DNA from: Eledone cirrhosa
Taxonomy: Eukaryota
Reading direction: 5' to 3'
DNA length: 64,000 nt
NCBI GenBank assembly: GCA_964016885.1
Contig: OZ024759.1
Coordinates: 26,288,001 to 26,352,000 of the forward strand
Both the position numbers and the translations under genes were made by a program. Positions 43,139 to 59,974 of this stretch are shown one piece after another. Position 1 is the first letter of the stretch, and each line of letters opens with the position of its first letter. The notes under the pieces were generated by a model. It saw only the letters and a list, made by a program, of their open reading frames with translations, was not told the origin of the DNA and searched no databases.

Positions 43139-43140
43139 GT

Positions 43141-43264
43141 TATTTATATATATGTATATATATATATATATATATGTATATGTATATATATATGTATATA
43201 TATATGTATATATATATATATGTATATATATATGTATATATATATATATGTATATATATATATG

Positions 43265-43351
<87 letters not shown>

Positions 43352-43372
43352 GTATATATATATATATATATT

Positions 43373-43407
<35 letters not shown>

Positions 43408-43519
43408 GTATATATATATATTTGTGTATGTATATATATATATTTGTGTATATATATATTTGTATATATATATATTTGTATATATATATATATGTATATA
43501 TATATATGTATATATATAC

Positions 43520-43571
<52 letters not shown>

Positions 43572-43578
43572 GTATATA

Positions 43579-43629
<51 letters not shown>

Positions 43630-43636
43630 GTATATA

Positions 43637-43719
<83 letters not shown>

Positions 43720-43720
43720 G

Positions 43721-43771
<51 letters not shown>

Positions 43772-43802
43772 GTATATATATATATATGTATATATATATA
43801 TG

Positions 43803-43887
<85 letters not shown>

Positions 43888-43908
43888 GTATATATATATA
43901 TATATATT

Positions 43909-43943
<35 letters not shown>

Positions 43944-44055
43944 GTATATATATATATTTGTGTATGTATATATATATATTTGTGTATATATATATTTGTA
44001 TATATATATATTTGTATATATATATATATGTATATATATATATGTATATATATAC

Positions 44056-44107
<52 letters not shown>

Positions 44108-44114
44108 GTATATA

Positions 44115-44165
<51 letters not shown>

Positions 44166-44172
44166 GTATATA

Positions 44173-44255
<83 letters not shown>

Positions 44256-44256
44256 G

Positions 44257-44335
<79 letters not shown>

Positions 44336-44338
44336 GTG

Positions 44339-44371
<33 letters not shown>

Positions 44372-44470
44372 GTATATATATATATATATTTGTGTATATA
44401 TATATATATATTTGTGTATATATATATATATATGTATATATATATGTATATATATATATATATGTTTATA

Positions 44471-44508
<38 letters not shown>

Positions 44509-44582
44509 TATATATATGTATATATATATATATATGTTTATATATATGTATATATATATATATATATGTTTATATATATGTA

Positions 44583-44620
<38 letters not shown>

Positions 44621-44786
44621 TATATATATGTATATATATATATATATTTGTATATATATATATTTGTATATATATATTTGTATATATATATATATATATA
44701 TTTGTATATATATATATATTTGTATATATATATATATATATTTGTATATATATATATATATTTGTATATATATATATATACATTTG

Positions 44787-44862
<76 letters not shown>

Positions 44863-44890
44863 AAAATATATATATATATATGATACACAC

Positions 44891-44938
<48 letters not shown>

Positions 44939-44985
44939 GTGTATATATATATATATAAAAATATATATATATATATGATACACAC

Positions 44986-45066
<81 letters not shown>

Positions 45067-45097
45067 ACACATATATATATATATATATATATATGAT

Positions 45098-45130
<33 letters not shown>
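43141..45130. repeat. ~2-kb (AT)n/g(ta)n array with higher-order duplication
   Basis: The diagnostic tttgtgtatg block recurs at 43421 and 43957. Confidence 0.9.
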
Positions 45131-45131
<1 letters not shown>

Positions 45132-45387
45132 CACATATATGTGTGTGCGTGTGTGTGTGTGTTCAGTCGTGTATCTCAGTTTTGTTTTTTCCAAAATATT
45201 GACATGTCAATACCAGACGAGAAATTGAATCATGTAATTCCCTTTAGTGAAACAACAGACGTGATAAAGCATTTCTTAGTGAAATATTTGGTTTAAAGTC
45301 CTTAACTTAAAACAAATAAACTTCTTACATAAAGAACGGCGGAGAGAGTGAGAGGTGGGTGAGAGAGAGATAGAGATAGTGTGTGTG

Positions 45388-45585
45388 TGAGATAGAGAGA
45401 AACAGATAGCAGTAATGTGGTTCTATCGTCTACCAGACGTTCTATCGTCTGTCTCACGTTCGTATTCAGATGTATTCCAGCATCTTTCTTATTCTATGTA
45501 CATCTGAATACGAACGTGAGACAGACGATAGAACGTCTGGTAGACGATAGAACCACATTACTGCTATCTGTTTCTCTCTATCTCA
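45388..45585. repeat. Perfect 87-bp inverted repeat with 24-nt loop
   Basis: 45388-45474 is the exact reverse complement of 45499-45585; extends imperfectly to 45370-45603. Confidence 0.95.
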
Positions 45586-45660
45586 ACCATACACTATCTC
45601 TATGAGGATGTTTTTTGATGATAACACCTCAGTGATAAAATTTGCTCCAAACGAAATACT

Positions 45661-45751
45661 CGTGTCTGAAAGAACCTGCAGAAGTAGAATCAGCCAAATC
45701 CATACAAGGACCATGTCTCGAGCTACCTGCCGGAGAAACAATTGTAACACG
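45661..45751 (+). ncRNA. Type I hammerhead-like motif with 61-nt helix II domain and an extra A in the core
   Basis: cgtgt-CTGAAAGA-[61 nt]-GAA-ACAATTGT-A-acacg, then AATAAA (45753-58), a T-rich tail and (TA)n. Confidence 0.6.
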
Positions 45752-45820
45752 CAATAAATTAAGTCCAGATGCATCACTGATTTTTCGTTTTCTTCATACT
45801 ATATATATATATATATATAA

Positions 45821-45918
<98 letters not shown>

Positions 45919-46079
45919 ATATATATATACATATATAAACACAGTAAATTGTGTTTAAAATTACGAGGGTTAATTACAGAGTATTACTCTGCCTTTTATT
46001 TGTATATATATATATATAAAAGACATTTTTTCCAATTCCATCCCATCCGTCCCCTCAATCTATTTTATTTCTCATTCTT

Positions 46080-46115
46080 TCTTCTGATGAAGGACTAGCG
46101 TCCGAAACGTTAAGA
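46080..46115 (+). ncRNA. Minimal type I hammerhead ribozyme motif (family A), intact core
   Basis: tctt-CTGATGA-a-ggac-tagc-gtcc-GAA-ACGT-T-aaga; palindromic ACGU in place of helix III; module ~46020-46205 ends in (TA)n. Confidence 0.8.
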
Positions 46116-46215
46116 CCCTCTTCCTGCTATATCAAGCGTTAACCTAATATATACCTTCCACATACTGTACCGTTTGTGTTGTTATTTTTGTTTACCTTTT
46201 ACATACATATATATA

Positions 46216-48062
<1,847 letters not shown>

Positions 48063-48087
48063 AGACATTACACACACACACACACAC

Positions 48088-48121
<34 letters not shown>

Positions 48122-48914
48122 CGAAAGAAACAACAAAAATAAAAGATTGCAGGTCAACCTGTATATATAAGTAGATATTTTTACTACTAGGTTCTATAGA
48201 AGACATTTTGCCAGGGTGTTGCGTAGTTGCGTATTAGGATCGAATCCTTGACCCACGTGGATCTACAGAATATCTTAGAGATTACTATCTGAATATAGAA
48301 AACAAAGTTATTGACAGACATGTTTTAAATGTCACTGATTGACGAAATGATGGCGTGTCTGTGATCACAGTTTCTTGAATAAATAATATAATAGCACGTT
48401 AAATGATGTGAATCACACACATTATATATTTAATTTGTTGTATGCTAAATCACGCCAAGTTATTTCTGTTGCAAGTATAGCAGCTATCGCCAGAGAACTT
48501 TGTGTAAAGAGAGCGTATCTCTGCGGGAATTTGTGATGAGGGTATTTTATTAATAGCAGAATATTTATCAGAATTTGGGCAGGAACAAAACATTAAAATA
48601 ATATAAAGTGATAACTTGTGATGTTAGTGATATGAATAAATCTAGATTAGATAGAAAACATTTCACGAATGTATGACAAGATAGGTTTATATCGTTAGAT
48701 CTTTGGCTGAGAAGTATTGAAAGATATTCTTGAGTTGGAGCACAATATGATAAGAAAAGAATTAGCAGCTACACTTATAAATGTTACTAAGTTGTTATTT
48801 TGTTTTTCTAATGCATTAGTCATAAGATACCAGTCAACGCTTTTATACTTTTTTTATAGAGCATCCGGGAAACATGCACGGAAAAGGTAGAGATATCCTC
48901 CGTATTTTGTATGT

Positions 48915-49081
48915 CAGGGTTTTCCAAAATGTTTCAAAAGCGGAAACCTTTTTGGTTCAGAAACTTTTGGGGGAACCTAGAAGTCTAATACTGTTATATG
49001 GTCGTAATATAAATATACCCCTCTACTTCTTTTCACGGAACCCTAGACCCTCCTTTGCGGAACCCTCTTTGGGAACCACTG
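48915..49081. mobile_element. hAT MITE, same family as 15119-15304
   Basis: Same TIRs and internal ctgttatatggtcgtaatat; no clear TSD. Confidence 0.85.
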
Positions 49082-49649
49082 CGGTAGAAATACTCATCCT
49101 TTTCTGTATTTTGAGGGTTTTAAACCCTACTATCTGGCTAAAATTTCTTTAGTCAAAAATACGGTGAAATCTTGTATTCTACTAATTTTCAAACTTCGCT
49201 CGTCGTTTCAAAACAAATTTACTTAAAACAAATTAATGTCTAACCCAATAAATTTCAACATGATATTTCAGGGTTAAAACCCACTTTTCAAATGTGAAAC
49301 GAAAACGATTCAAAACAAAAATGAACGATGTATCCTTCCCTAATTGGGAAACCCTTTTCTATCACATTGTATCGGCTTTCTGAAACATATCAGTCGTTTA
49401 TTAGAAAATACTTTATATTCAACGCAGATTTGATTGTTTGGTTTTTAAGACATTAGGATATGATCTGAGGGAGATTTGGCTGCTATATCTAGCAGCAGAT
49501 ACAACATCCCTTGTTGTCAACCGTTATGCCACATCGGTGAGACTCTGTTGCAAAGTATCTGTCATACTATCGAATTTCCAATTACTTAATACAAATATTG
49601 TTTCTTACAGATGCCGATAGTCAGAAATTAGACGTTAGGGAGAAGGTAT

Positions 49650-50006
49650 ATAGTGTATGTATGTGTATATATATATATATGTGTGTGTGTGGGTATATAT
49701 ATACATATATATATATATACATATACATATATATATATACATATATGTACATATATATATGTATGCATATATATATACGTATATATATATATATACATAT
49801 ATATACATATATATATATACATATATATACACATATATGTATATATGTATGTATATGTATATATATGTATATATATATGTATATATATGTATATATACAT
49901 GTATGTATATATATATGTATATATATATATGTATACATATACATATACAGACATATATACATATGTATATGTATATGTATACATATATATATACATACAT
50001 ATATAT

Positions 50007-50047
<41 letters not shown>

Positions 50048-50492
50048 CATATATACATACATATATATATACATATATATATACATACATATATATATAC
50101 ATATATATATATACATATACATACATATATATATATACATATATATATATACATATATATACATATATATACATATATATACATACACATATATATACAT
50201 ATATATATATACATATATATATATACATACATATATATATACACATATATATACATATATATATATACATATATATATATACATACATATATATATACAT
50301 ATATATATACATACATATATACATATATATTCATATATATATACATATATATATACATACATATATATATACATATATAGACATACATATATATATATAT
50401 ACATATATAGACATACATATATATATATATACATATATATACATATATATATATGCATACATGTATATATATACACGTGTATATACATATAT

Positions 50493-50525
<33 letters not shown>

Positions 50526-50575
50526 CAAATGTATATATATATACATGTATATGTGTATATATGTGTGTGTGTGTG
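49650..50575. repeat. (AT)n/(ATAC)n compound microsatellite
   Basis: Direct reading. Confidence 0.95.
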
Positions 50576-50774
50576 TGAGGGGAGGGGAATGTATGTGATG
50601 TTATGACGTTGATGCTGCTCCCAAGGGTCATTAAGTACGAACTAACCAACAGCAGCAGATATCTCAGAACTTAGAAAAGGAAATCAGATCTGAGGAGGAT
50701 GGGAAATGACACCAAGTTTCTAGAGATAAATAACTTCAACAAACTTCTGATAAATTCTGACAGAAAGACAGATA

Positions 50775-50990
50775 TAATAATGGTTTTTTATATAGGCACA
50801 AGGCCAGCAATTTTGGGGGAGAGGTAGGTAAGTCGATTAAATCGACCCTAGAGCGTTACTGATACTTTATTTTATCGACCCCGTAAGGATGAAAGGCAAA
50901 GTTAACCTCGGTGGGATTTGATCACAGATCATAAAGAGCTGTAACTCTATGCTGCAAAGCATGGCGTCCGACCCTTTACCGATACTGCTA
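50775..50990 (-). mobile_element. SINE family 1, near full length (long form)
   Basis: Collinear with 57352-57566. Confidence 0.9.
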
Positions 50991-51427
50991 ATCTTCAATG
51001 TTTTCTTTATTAACCACAAGTGTTGACACAAAGTGTAACATTAAGGACAGCATAAGACGTTTCTGCGTGTAAAAACAAATACATAAAACAAAATAAAGTA
51101 TGTAACAAAGGAAAATTCCCCAATAGGGGGGAGGGACTTCCGAGGGTCACTTGTGGAGAAAGGTAAAAAAAAGTCACGGTCACCCTGTCCGCTAGGGCAA
51201 AGTGCCCTCTCCTAGATGTTCTTCAGCATACACATTCACATTGGTATACCTACACACAAACACACGGCGCTAATATAACTGACTGACACACGCAAAAACC
51301 CCTTAAAGATTGACATATTCACATGGTTAAAGGTATACCCGTACTAATTACTAATACATATCTATATACCCTCTACTCATATGTGGGATGCACAACCTAT
51401 ATATATATATACATGTATATATATATG

Positions 51428-51490
<63 letters not shown>

Positions 51491-51751
51491 ATATAAAAAT
51501 ATAAATATACATATATACACACACACATATATATATTTATATATATTACACCTAGTACAAATATTTATATGTGTATATATATATATGTGTGTGTGTCACA
51601 CGCGCATATGTCTATATAGACGTTATCAACAACTGGGGAGGTCCTAGTGGTAGCAAAATGATTGAGTTGTATTTGAACACTCGATCTATTTTATATTAGG
51701 CCTCACGGGAGAGATAAACGTTTCGGCACATACACCCATGTGCGAGCACTT

Positions 51752-51796
<45 letters not shown>

Positions 51797-51868
51797 ACTG
51801 CTGATATAGATATAGATATTTTATATCTATATTTCTGTTGGGCCCTCTCTCTCTTTCTCACACACACA

Positions 51869-51921
<53 letters not shown>

Positions 51922-51959
51922 AATTTTTGTTTCTCTGTTTTGCTTGAGCCCCATCAACT

Positions 51960-52120
51960 TTTGATGTAGTCGTATGTACACCGTCATGACATGCTGTGAA
52001 CCAGTCTTCTCCATCTGTCGAGGTTGCCTGACAGATCTCGTGTCTTCGCTACAGGTTTTCATATCCATTCTTTGATGTTGCTTGTCCATCTTTGCCTTTG
52101 TACAACTCTTATTCCCCTCT
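51960..52120 (-). pseudogene. RTE-like LINE C-terminal remnant
   Basis: QRQRWTSNIKEWI...DRWRRLV on the minus strand. Confidence 0.45.
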
Positions 52121-52833
52121 CCCTCTTCTTAATTTCTTGAAAAGAAAATCCCTGGATTGAGTTACATGACCCTAGCACCATTTCAGCTTTCTCTTCTTCT
52201 CTACTGTTATCTCCCTCCCCCTCTCTCTCATATATATATATATATATACACTCACTCATATATATATATGTGTGTGCGTGTGTGTGTGTTAAGTGAAGAA
52301 TTTGCTTTTGTATAAACAGGAGTAAACAGGAGAAAGCACTCTACACTCGTAGTGTGTATTTACGATGTTTATTCATTATAATTATTTCTATGGCTACCCT
52401 TATGCAATCCAAGATGCAAATACTGCAAGTAATTATAGTCTTATGTCGGTATACGATCAATCTCGTAAGTACTATCAATCTTCAGTTTTTATGAACAAAA
52501 GGGAAGCATATTACTTTTTTAATGCAGATTGTATTGAAGGTCCATGGTGCATGCGAGATTATTGTTATTATAATTAAATAGATACCATCATAAAACTCTG
52601 AGTACCCATGAAAACATGCTTAGTTGCCATTGCTGGCCACTTTATTTCGGCCCCTAATTATATTTTACACCTTCTACTACTGTATTATATATATGAAAAA
52701 TGATTAGAATGAATCTCCTGTTGGATGTTTTCTTATCAGTTTTCAAACATATTTCACTGTTCCAAGGATTTTCTTCAATTTCAAATGTATGTATATAATA
52801 TATATATATATAAACAATTCGTTTCGTTATTTG

Positions 52834-52917
<84 letters not shown>

Positions 52918-53017
52918 AATGTGAATGTGTATAAATATATGCATACTTTTACACACACACATATATATATGTATGTATATAATATATATATATATAAACA
53001 ATTCGTTTCGTTATTTG

Positions 53018-53081
<64 letters not shown>

Positions 53082-53193
53082 AATGTGTATAAATATATGC
53101 ATACTTTTACACACACACATATATATATATATGATCATAGTATAATAAACCTTTCAACGATTTACACAAGTCCAGCCTCCTGTTATTTTATTA

Positions 53194-53228
<35 letters not shown>

Positions 53229-54622
53229 CATACATAGATATATAAACATATACATAGATATACATATATACATAGATATACATACACATATACATATGTA
53301 TATATATATATATATACGCATACATACACACACGCACACACACGCACGCACGCACACACATATATATATGTATATACATATATATTCATATAAAAATATA
53401 TATTCATACATAAATATACATACATATATGTGTGTGTGTATATATATATGTGTGTTTGTGTTTGTGTGTTCATAAAACATAATAAGGGTATTGTAGAGTA
53501 AGACGACGAGGCGGAGAAGGTGTAGTAAAACCAATATAGATGGTCAATGTTTTATATTATCTGTCAAGGTGTTAGTATGTTAAATACTTCAGGTTGTTTA
53601 GTTTCCCAACCTACTAAATACAGACGCTACATGGGTTTATTTGGATTGCTATGCTCTATATAGGAAACATCGCCTAAACTAAACACAAATTCATCCATCT
53701 ATATCCATACATATATATCTATATTCCCCCGTCGTTTCCATGTATGTATATGTCATTGATGTATGCGTATATACCCACATCCACTCATCCATCTATTTCT
53801 CCTTTTAGATATACACAGCACATATACACACATACATGTATATGTATATATGTGTGTGTGGGTTTATATATATATATATACAGAGAGAGAGAGATATAGT
53901 GAGAGTGTACGTGATAAAATAGAAGGGAGAAAGAAATATAGAGAAAGGATCAACCCCAGTACTGAACTGGTACTTTTTTATCGACCCTGAATGGATGAAA
54001 GACAAAGTTGACCTCGGCGGATATGAATTCAGAGAGCAGAGAGACGAAACGGAATACGACAAAACATTCAATAAGGCGAATAGGCTGAGTTGTTAGAACG
54101 TCAGATAGAATGTATACGTTACAACTCTCTCTCTAAGTTCAGATCCCTCCGAGCTCATCTTAGCATTTCATCCTTCGGGGTCAATAAAAAAGTACTCGTC
54201 CAGTACTGGGGTCGATTCTTCCTCCATATATCTTTCTCACTTCCATTCCCCCACTCTCTCTATCCTTCTCTGGAAGAAATCTGTTGTAATCAGACCTGGA
54301 GAGGGAATACGCTCCTCCATCTTTAAATATATCCTAGAAAAGCTGTATGTCAATATTTCGCCCTACGACTTCCTCGGAAGTTTCGAATTCATACATACAC
54401 GGATACGATGTTGTTCTTAGAGAAATTTCACTCTCAATATCATCTATACAAATATCCAAGCAGGCGTTTTGTATTGAAGACAACGAACGAAGTTTGAAAT
54501 TGAGTTAGAAATAGAAGCTTTCGGCGTAATTTGACTAAAGAAAATTAGCCTGATAGTGGGGTTTAAAACCCTCTAAATGGAAAAGGATGAGTATTGACGT
54601 ATGTCAGTATATATATATATAT

Positions 54623-54810
54623 GGGCGGTGGATTGGCACTATCGGTAGAGGGTCGGACGCCATGCTTTCAAGCATAGTTACGTCCCTTTACGATCTGAGT
54701 TCAAATCCCGCCGAGGTTGACTTTGCCTTTCATCCTTACGGGGTCGATAAAATAAAGTACCAGTAATGCACTGGGTAATTGCTGGCCTTGTGCCTAAAGT
54801 AGAAACAAGT
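54623..54810 (+). mobile_element. Full-length tRNA-derived SINE (family 1, short form; resembles Meta/MESC-domain SINEs)
   Basis: A box tggcactatcggtag, B box gagttcaaatccc, core gcctttcatccttacggggtcgataaaataaagtaccag; inserted in (TA)n. Family label is from recall. Confidence 0.9.
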
Positions 54811-54907
54811 ATATATATATATATGTAGAAACTACTACATGTGTGGCCGCCTTCTTGTCTCTCTGCCTTTTCAGCCCCATGGATTATATTCCTTTGTTAA
54901 ATTTCGA

Positions 54908-54962
54908 ATACCTGATGATGTCACCGGATTCATACTGAACCCGGTCATTGAAATGTTCATAT
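54908..54962 (+). ncRNA. Decayed hammerhead motif with long helix II (family G)
   Basis: atac-CTGATGA-tgtc-accggattca-tac-tgaacccggt-catt-GAAA-tgttc-atat-AATAAA; the tail to 55020 matches 53141-53195. Confidence 0.6.
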
Positions 54963-55014
54963 AATAAATATAATAAACCTTTAAGGAATTACACCAGTCC
55001 AGCCTCCTGTTGTT

Positions 55015-55059
<45 letters not shown>

Positions 55060-55401
55060 TTAGAGAGAATCGCATTTCGGCGGGCAGAAATTAGCGAAAC
55101 GCAACTTCCGTAATGTGTAGACAAGCGTTCCATGGATATGAAGATACCAGAGCTATAAACATAAGTTAAAAAGGTCATACAAACTGAGACGATGGTTAAG
55201 AAGCCATTAACCACCATATATATATATATATAAATATAAATATATATAAATATATATTGTTATATTTGGGGAGGGTCATATTGTTATTATATTGCCAGAA
55301 ATAATAATAAGGCACACTCACTGTTTAGTTTGTGTTTATGTGTCTTTGTTGTTGCTGTACTTGTGTATATATTTATTTATTTATATTTCCCTTAGGTCAG
55401 T

Positions 55402-55466
<65 letters not shown>

Positions 55467-55652
55467 CGTGTGTGTGTTATTGGCCTTGTTTTTCTGTATG
55501 TCTTTACACAACTTTCATCAGTCTCCCTTCAAACCAAACACTATTTTCATCATCTTTATCACAATCACAGTTAAATTTCATTTGAACGAGGCACCATGTT
55601 GAACCTGGTAATATATATATATATATATCCACACACATATATATATATTATA

Positions 55653-55688
<36 letters not shown>

Positions 55689-56329
55689 CATATATGTATA
55701 TACATATATGTATATATATGTGTATATTTACATATATATATATATATATATACATATATACACGTGTGTGTGTGTGTGTGTGTATCATTAAGGAATGATT
55801 ACAATTTTTTCATATCTAGATCCCATAAAAAGAGGAGAGGCTGATGTCAATAGAGATAGACAAGATTATTTTTTGTTATCATTATTATTACCATTATTGT
55901 TGTTGTTGTTGTTGTTGTTGCTGATGTTATCATCCACTTCTTTCTCATCCCTACCATCATCATCACCATCGTAAGGGGGGGGGGGATGATGATATGATGT
56001 ATATATAATCTGTATGGTATCGTACTTTTCACAGTAATAATATACAATTTCTTTTCTCACCCTTTTTCTACCACAAGGCCCCCTCCCCCTCTCTCTCTCT
56101 CTCTCTCCCTCTCTCTCTCTATATATATATATATTAATTTCTATATATATATACCTGTATGTGTGTGTGTATATATATTAATTTCTATATATATATACCT
56201 GTATGTGTGTGTGTATATATATATATATATTATCTGACATTATATTATACATAATCTCCATCATGTTTATCATGGCAGCTATATATCCTGATATTTTGTA
56301 TTAAGATTATCTACTGTGATAATTAGGTA

Positions 56330-57160
56330 ATGATAGTGTGGGTGGTAGTATGGATACTGGTGGTGGTGGTATGGATAGTGGAGGTGGTGGTGGTATGGAT
56401 AGTGTTGGTGGTAGTATGGATAGTGTTGATGGTGGTGGTGGTGGTGGTAGTATGGATAGTGGTGGTGGTGGTATGGATAGTGGTGGTTGTGGTGGTGGTG
56501 GTGGTATGGATAGTGTTGGTGGTAGTATGGATAGTGGTGGTTGTGGTGGTGGTATGGATAGTGTTGGTGGTAGTATGGATAGTGTGAGTGGTGGTGGTGG
56601 TGGTATGGAGACTGTGGGTGGTGGCGGTATGAGGGGTGGTATGGATAGTGGTGTTGCTGAGGGTGGTATAGGCGGTGGTGGTATGGATTGTGGTGTGATA
56701 TATCGGAAGTTGAAATGGCGGCAACTTGTGGCAGCAGGTATGTTAGTTGGCTGATGATGGTAGTGATGATGATGGTGATGGTGTTGGTTATGATGATGAT
56801 GTTAGTGATGATGAAGGTATGGTGTTGGCTATTATGATGATGATGATGGTGATAATGATGATGGTGTTTATGATGGTTTTGATAGAGTTTATGATGATGT
56901 AGATCATGATGATGATGGTGGTTGAGCAGGACGTCAATGACGATGATGATGGCGATGAACATGAGTACGATGATGTTAGCGATGAAGATGATGGTGAAGT
57001 TAGTGATGATGATGGTGATGATGACGACGAGGAGGATAATGATAATGGTGGTGACGATATAAGACGATGGAGATGTTGTCGGTGATGATTGTGATGATAA
57101 AGTCGATGGCGATGATAATAATGATGATGATTGTGAGGATGATGATGATGATGATGATGA

Positions 57161-57208
<48 letters not shown>

Positions 57209-57350
57209 TAATAGTGATGATGATGATGATGGGGATGATGATGATGAAGATGATGGAGATGAGGGAGATAGTAATGATGATGTCGGCGATGATTGTGATG
57301 ATAAAGACGATGTAAATGATGATGATAATAATGATGGGGATGATGACGAT
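56330..57350. repeat. ggtggtagtatggatagt minisatellite and (GAT)/(GAC) triplets
   Basis: Direct reading. Confidence 0.9.
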
Positions 57351-57351
57351 G

Positions 57352-58134
57352 ATAAGGATTTCTAGTATAGGCACAAGGCCAGTACTTTGTGGGAAAGAAA
57401 AGTCGATTAAATCGACCCCAGTACATTACTGGTACTTTATTTTATCGACCCCATAAGGATGAAAGGCAAAGTTAACCTCGGTGGGATTTGAACTCAGACC
57501 GTAAAGGGGTGTAAGTCCATGCTGCAAAGCATGGCGTTCAACCCTCTACTGATATTGCAAATCCACAAATGATAATAATTGTTTCTACTATTGGCACAAG
57601 GCCAGCAAATACCCAGTGTATTACTGGTACTTTATTTTATCGACCCCGTAAGGATGAAAGGCAAAGTTAACCTCGGCGGGATTTGAACTCAGAATGGCAA
57701 GGGCCGTAACTCTATGCGCCAAAGCATAGCATCCGACACTCTACCAATACTGCCAATCCACAAATGATAATAATTGTTTCTAATTTAGGCACAAGGCCAG
57801 CAATTACCCCAGTGCATTATTGGTACTTTATTTTATCGACCCCCAATGATGATAATTATTTCTACTTTAGGCACAAGGCCAGCAATTACCCAGTGTATTA
57901 CTGGTACTTTATTTTATCGACCCCCCCCCCCCCCAATGATGATAATTATTTCTACTTTTGGCACAAGGCCAACAATTACCCAGTGCATTATTGGTACTTT
58001 ATTTTATCGACTTTATTCTATCGGATGAAAGGCAAAGTTAACCTCGGCGGTATTTGAACTCAGACCATAAAGGGCCGTAACTCTTTGCTGTAAAGCATGG
58101 TGTCTGACGCTCTACCGATACTGCCAATACACCG
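57352..58134 (-). mobile_element. Head-to-tail array of five SINE family 1 units
   Basis: Units at ~57352-57566, 57567-57761, 57762-57844, 57845-57934 and 57935-58134. Confidence 0.9.
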
Positions 58135-58315
58135 GACTTAATAACAATAATAAGGATAATGTTGACGGCGATGACTGTAACTTTGTTGAAGAAAGAGTAA
58201 TATAATGGACAGGACACCAGGTTTCATAGATTACATAATCCTTTAAATTGGAAAACATATTACTGGAACAACTACTACTGCTACTATTACAACAACACAA
58301 ACAACAACAACAACA

Positions 58316-58352
<37 letters not shown>

Positions 58353-58607
58353 AACCACCTCCTACTTCTACAACAACTACTACTATTATTAAAACAAAGC
58401 CAACTCCTACTTCTACCACAACTACTACTGCTACTATTACTAATGCAACAACTACTACAAAAGCAACTCCTACTACTACAACTACTACTACTATTACTAC
58501 AACAACTACTACTATTATTACTACAACAACTACTACTATTACTACAATAACAACTACATCACTAACTACTATTACTGATACAACTATAATAACTACAAAA
58601 ATAACAC

Positions 58608-58658
<51 letters not shown>

Positions 58659-59111
58659 AAACAACAAGTGCAAAATGTAAGGAAAAATCCGAAAATAAAT
58701 GATAAAAGACGGGGTTATGGTTGGATAAATTAGGGTAAAAGAAATTAAAGTAGAGTAAGTAGGGTGGGTCGAATAGAGGAAGAATTATCTGTCTTCAGTT
58801 GAGCGTAATGTTTGGCTATACACAGTTTGACATAATGCGCTTTGTATTATCGTTGTGATATACACATATGTGCTCACACATACATACATAAATACACATA
58901 CACACACACACATACACACGCACACACACACAGAAACACACACACACAAACACACACACAGATACACTTGCACACACTCAATCAAACATGCACACAAACA
59001 CATATGCATACACACACATATATACATATTACGTATATATATATATATATATACGTATGTATATATAAATATGTACATATATATATATTTATATTTATCC
59101 AACCATATATT

Positions 59112-59144
<33 letters not shown>

Positions 59145-59179
59145 ATGTGAGTATATATGTATGTGTATATATGTATGTG

Positions 59180-59228
<49 letters not shown>

Positions 59229-59684
59229 ATATATACATGTGTGTGTATATATACTTGTGTGTATATATATATCTATGTATGTGTATATATATATATATGT
59301 ATGCATGTATGTATGTGTGTGTGTGTGCATGCATGTATATATATGTCATAGATTAAGTATGATAATTGCTGAGCTACATCTAATCACAGCCCTAGACTCT
59401 GCTGTATATCATATCGTGTAACATAACATTACACACACCACAACATGCCGCATCTCAAACACCAGTGTTTGGTCGTCTCGCTTCTATGAAGCTCTTTCCT
59501 ATAACACACACACTCTCACACACATATATACACACACACAGAAAATGAACGATATTTGATAAGCACGCTTTACCGCCAAGAAATGCAGCTTGAATGTAGA
59601 ATTTTACCTATTACAGCCATTAAATCAACAGTTCTGAATAGATTCTAGCGATAAATGTTTCTGTAAATAATATATATATGTGTG

Positions 59685-59742
<58 letters not shown>

Positions 59743-59857
59743 CTATTTTGTATTTTTCGTATTTCCTCGTTAGTTCTATACACCAGGTAGAAAAAGAAAA
59801 AAAGACACCACTAAAGAATGATATATTATATTAAGGTTTAAAACAATTAATAAAACT

Positions 59858-59892
59858 GTCTTAACGTTTTGGACAATAATCTTTCGTTGGGA
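59858..59892 (-). ncRNA. Heavily decayed family A hammerhead
   Basis: Minus strand ccaacga-a-agat-tatt-gtcc-aaaacgttaagac vs ctgatga-a-ggac-tagc-gtcc-gaaacgttaagac. Confidence 0.4.
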
Positions 59893-59974
59893 AACCAAAC
59901 GCAGAAAGAGGAGAGGATTGTTTTCAGGATAGATGAGGAAAGAAAACAAACGGGAAAAAATTCCACGTAATCAA

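Noticed and set aside
43040-44978. Very long ORFs (up to 617 aa) of I/Y/M/C/V, and similar ones throughout the window
   Set aside because: Translations of (AT)n/(GT)n microsatellites, which lack stop codons; open in many frames at once.
52365-52577. 70-aa non-repetitive ORF
   Set aside because: Short and AT-rich, with no recognisable motif or splice context.
54623-54715. tRNA gene
   Set aside because: The A and B boxes belong to a multicopy SINE head; no cloverleaf or terminator.
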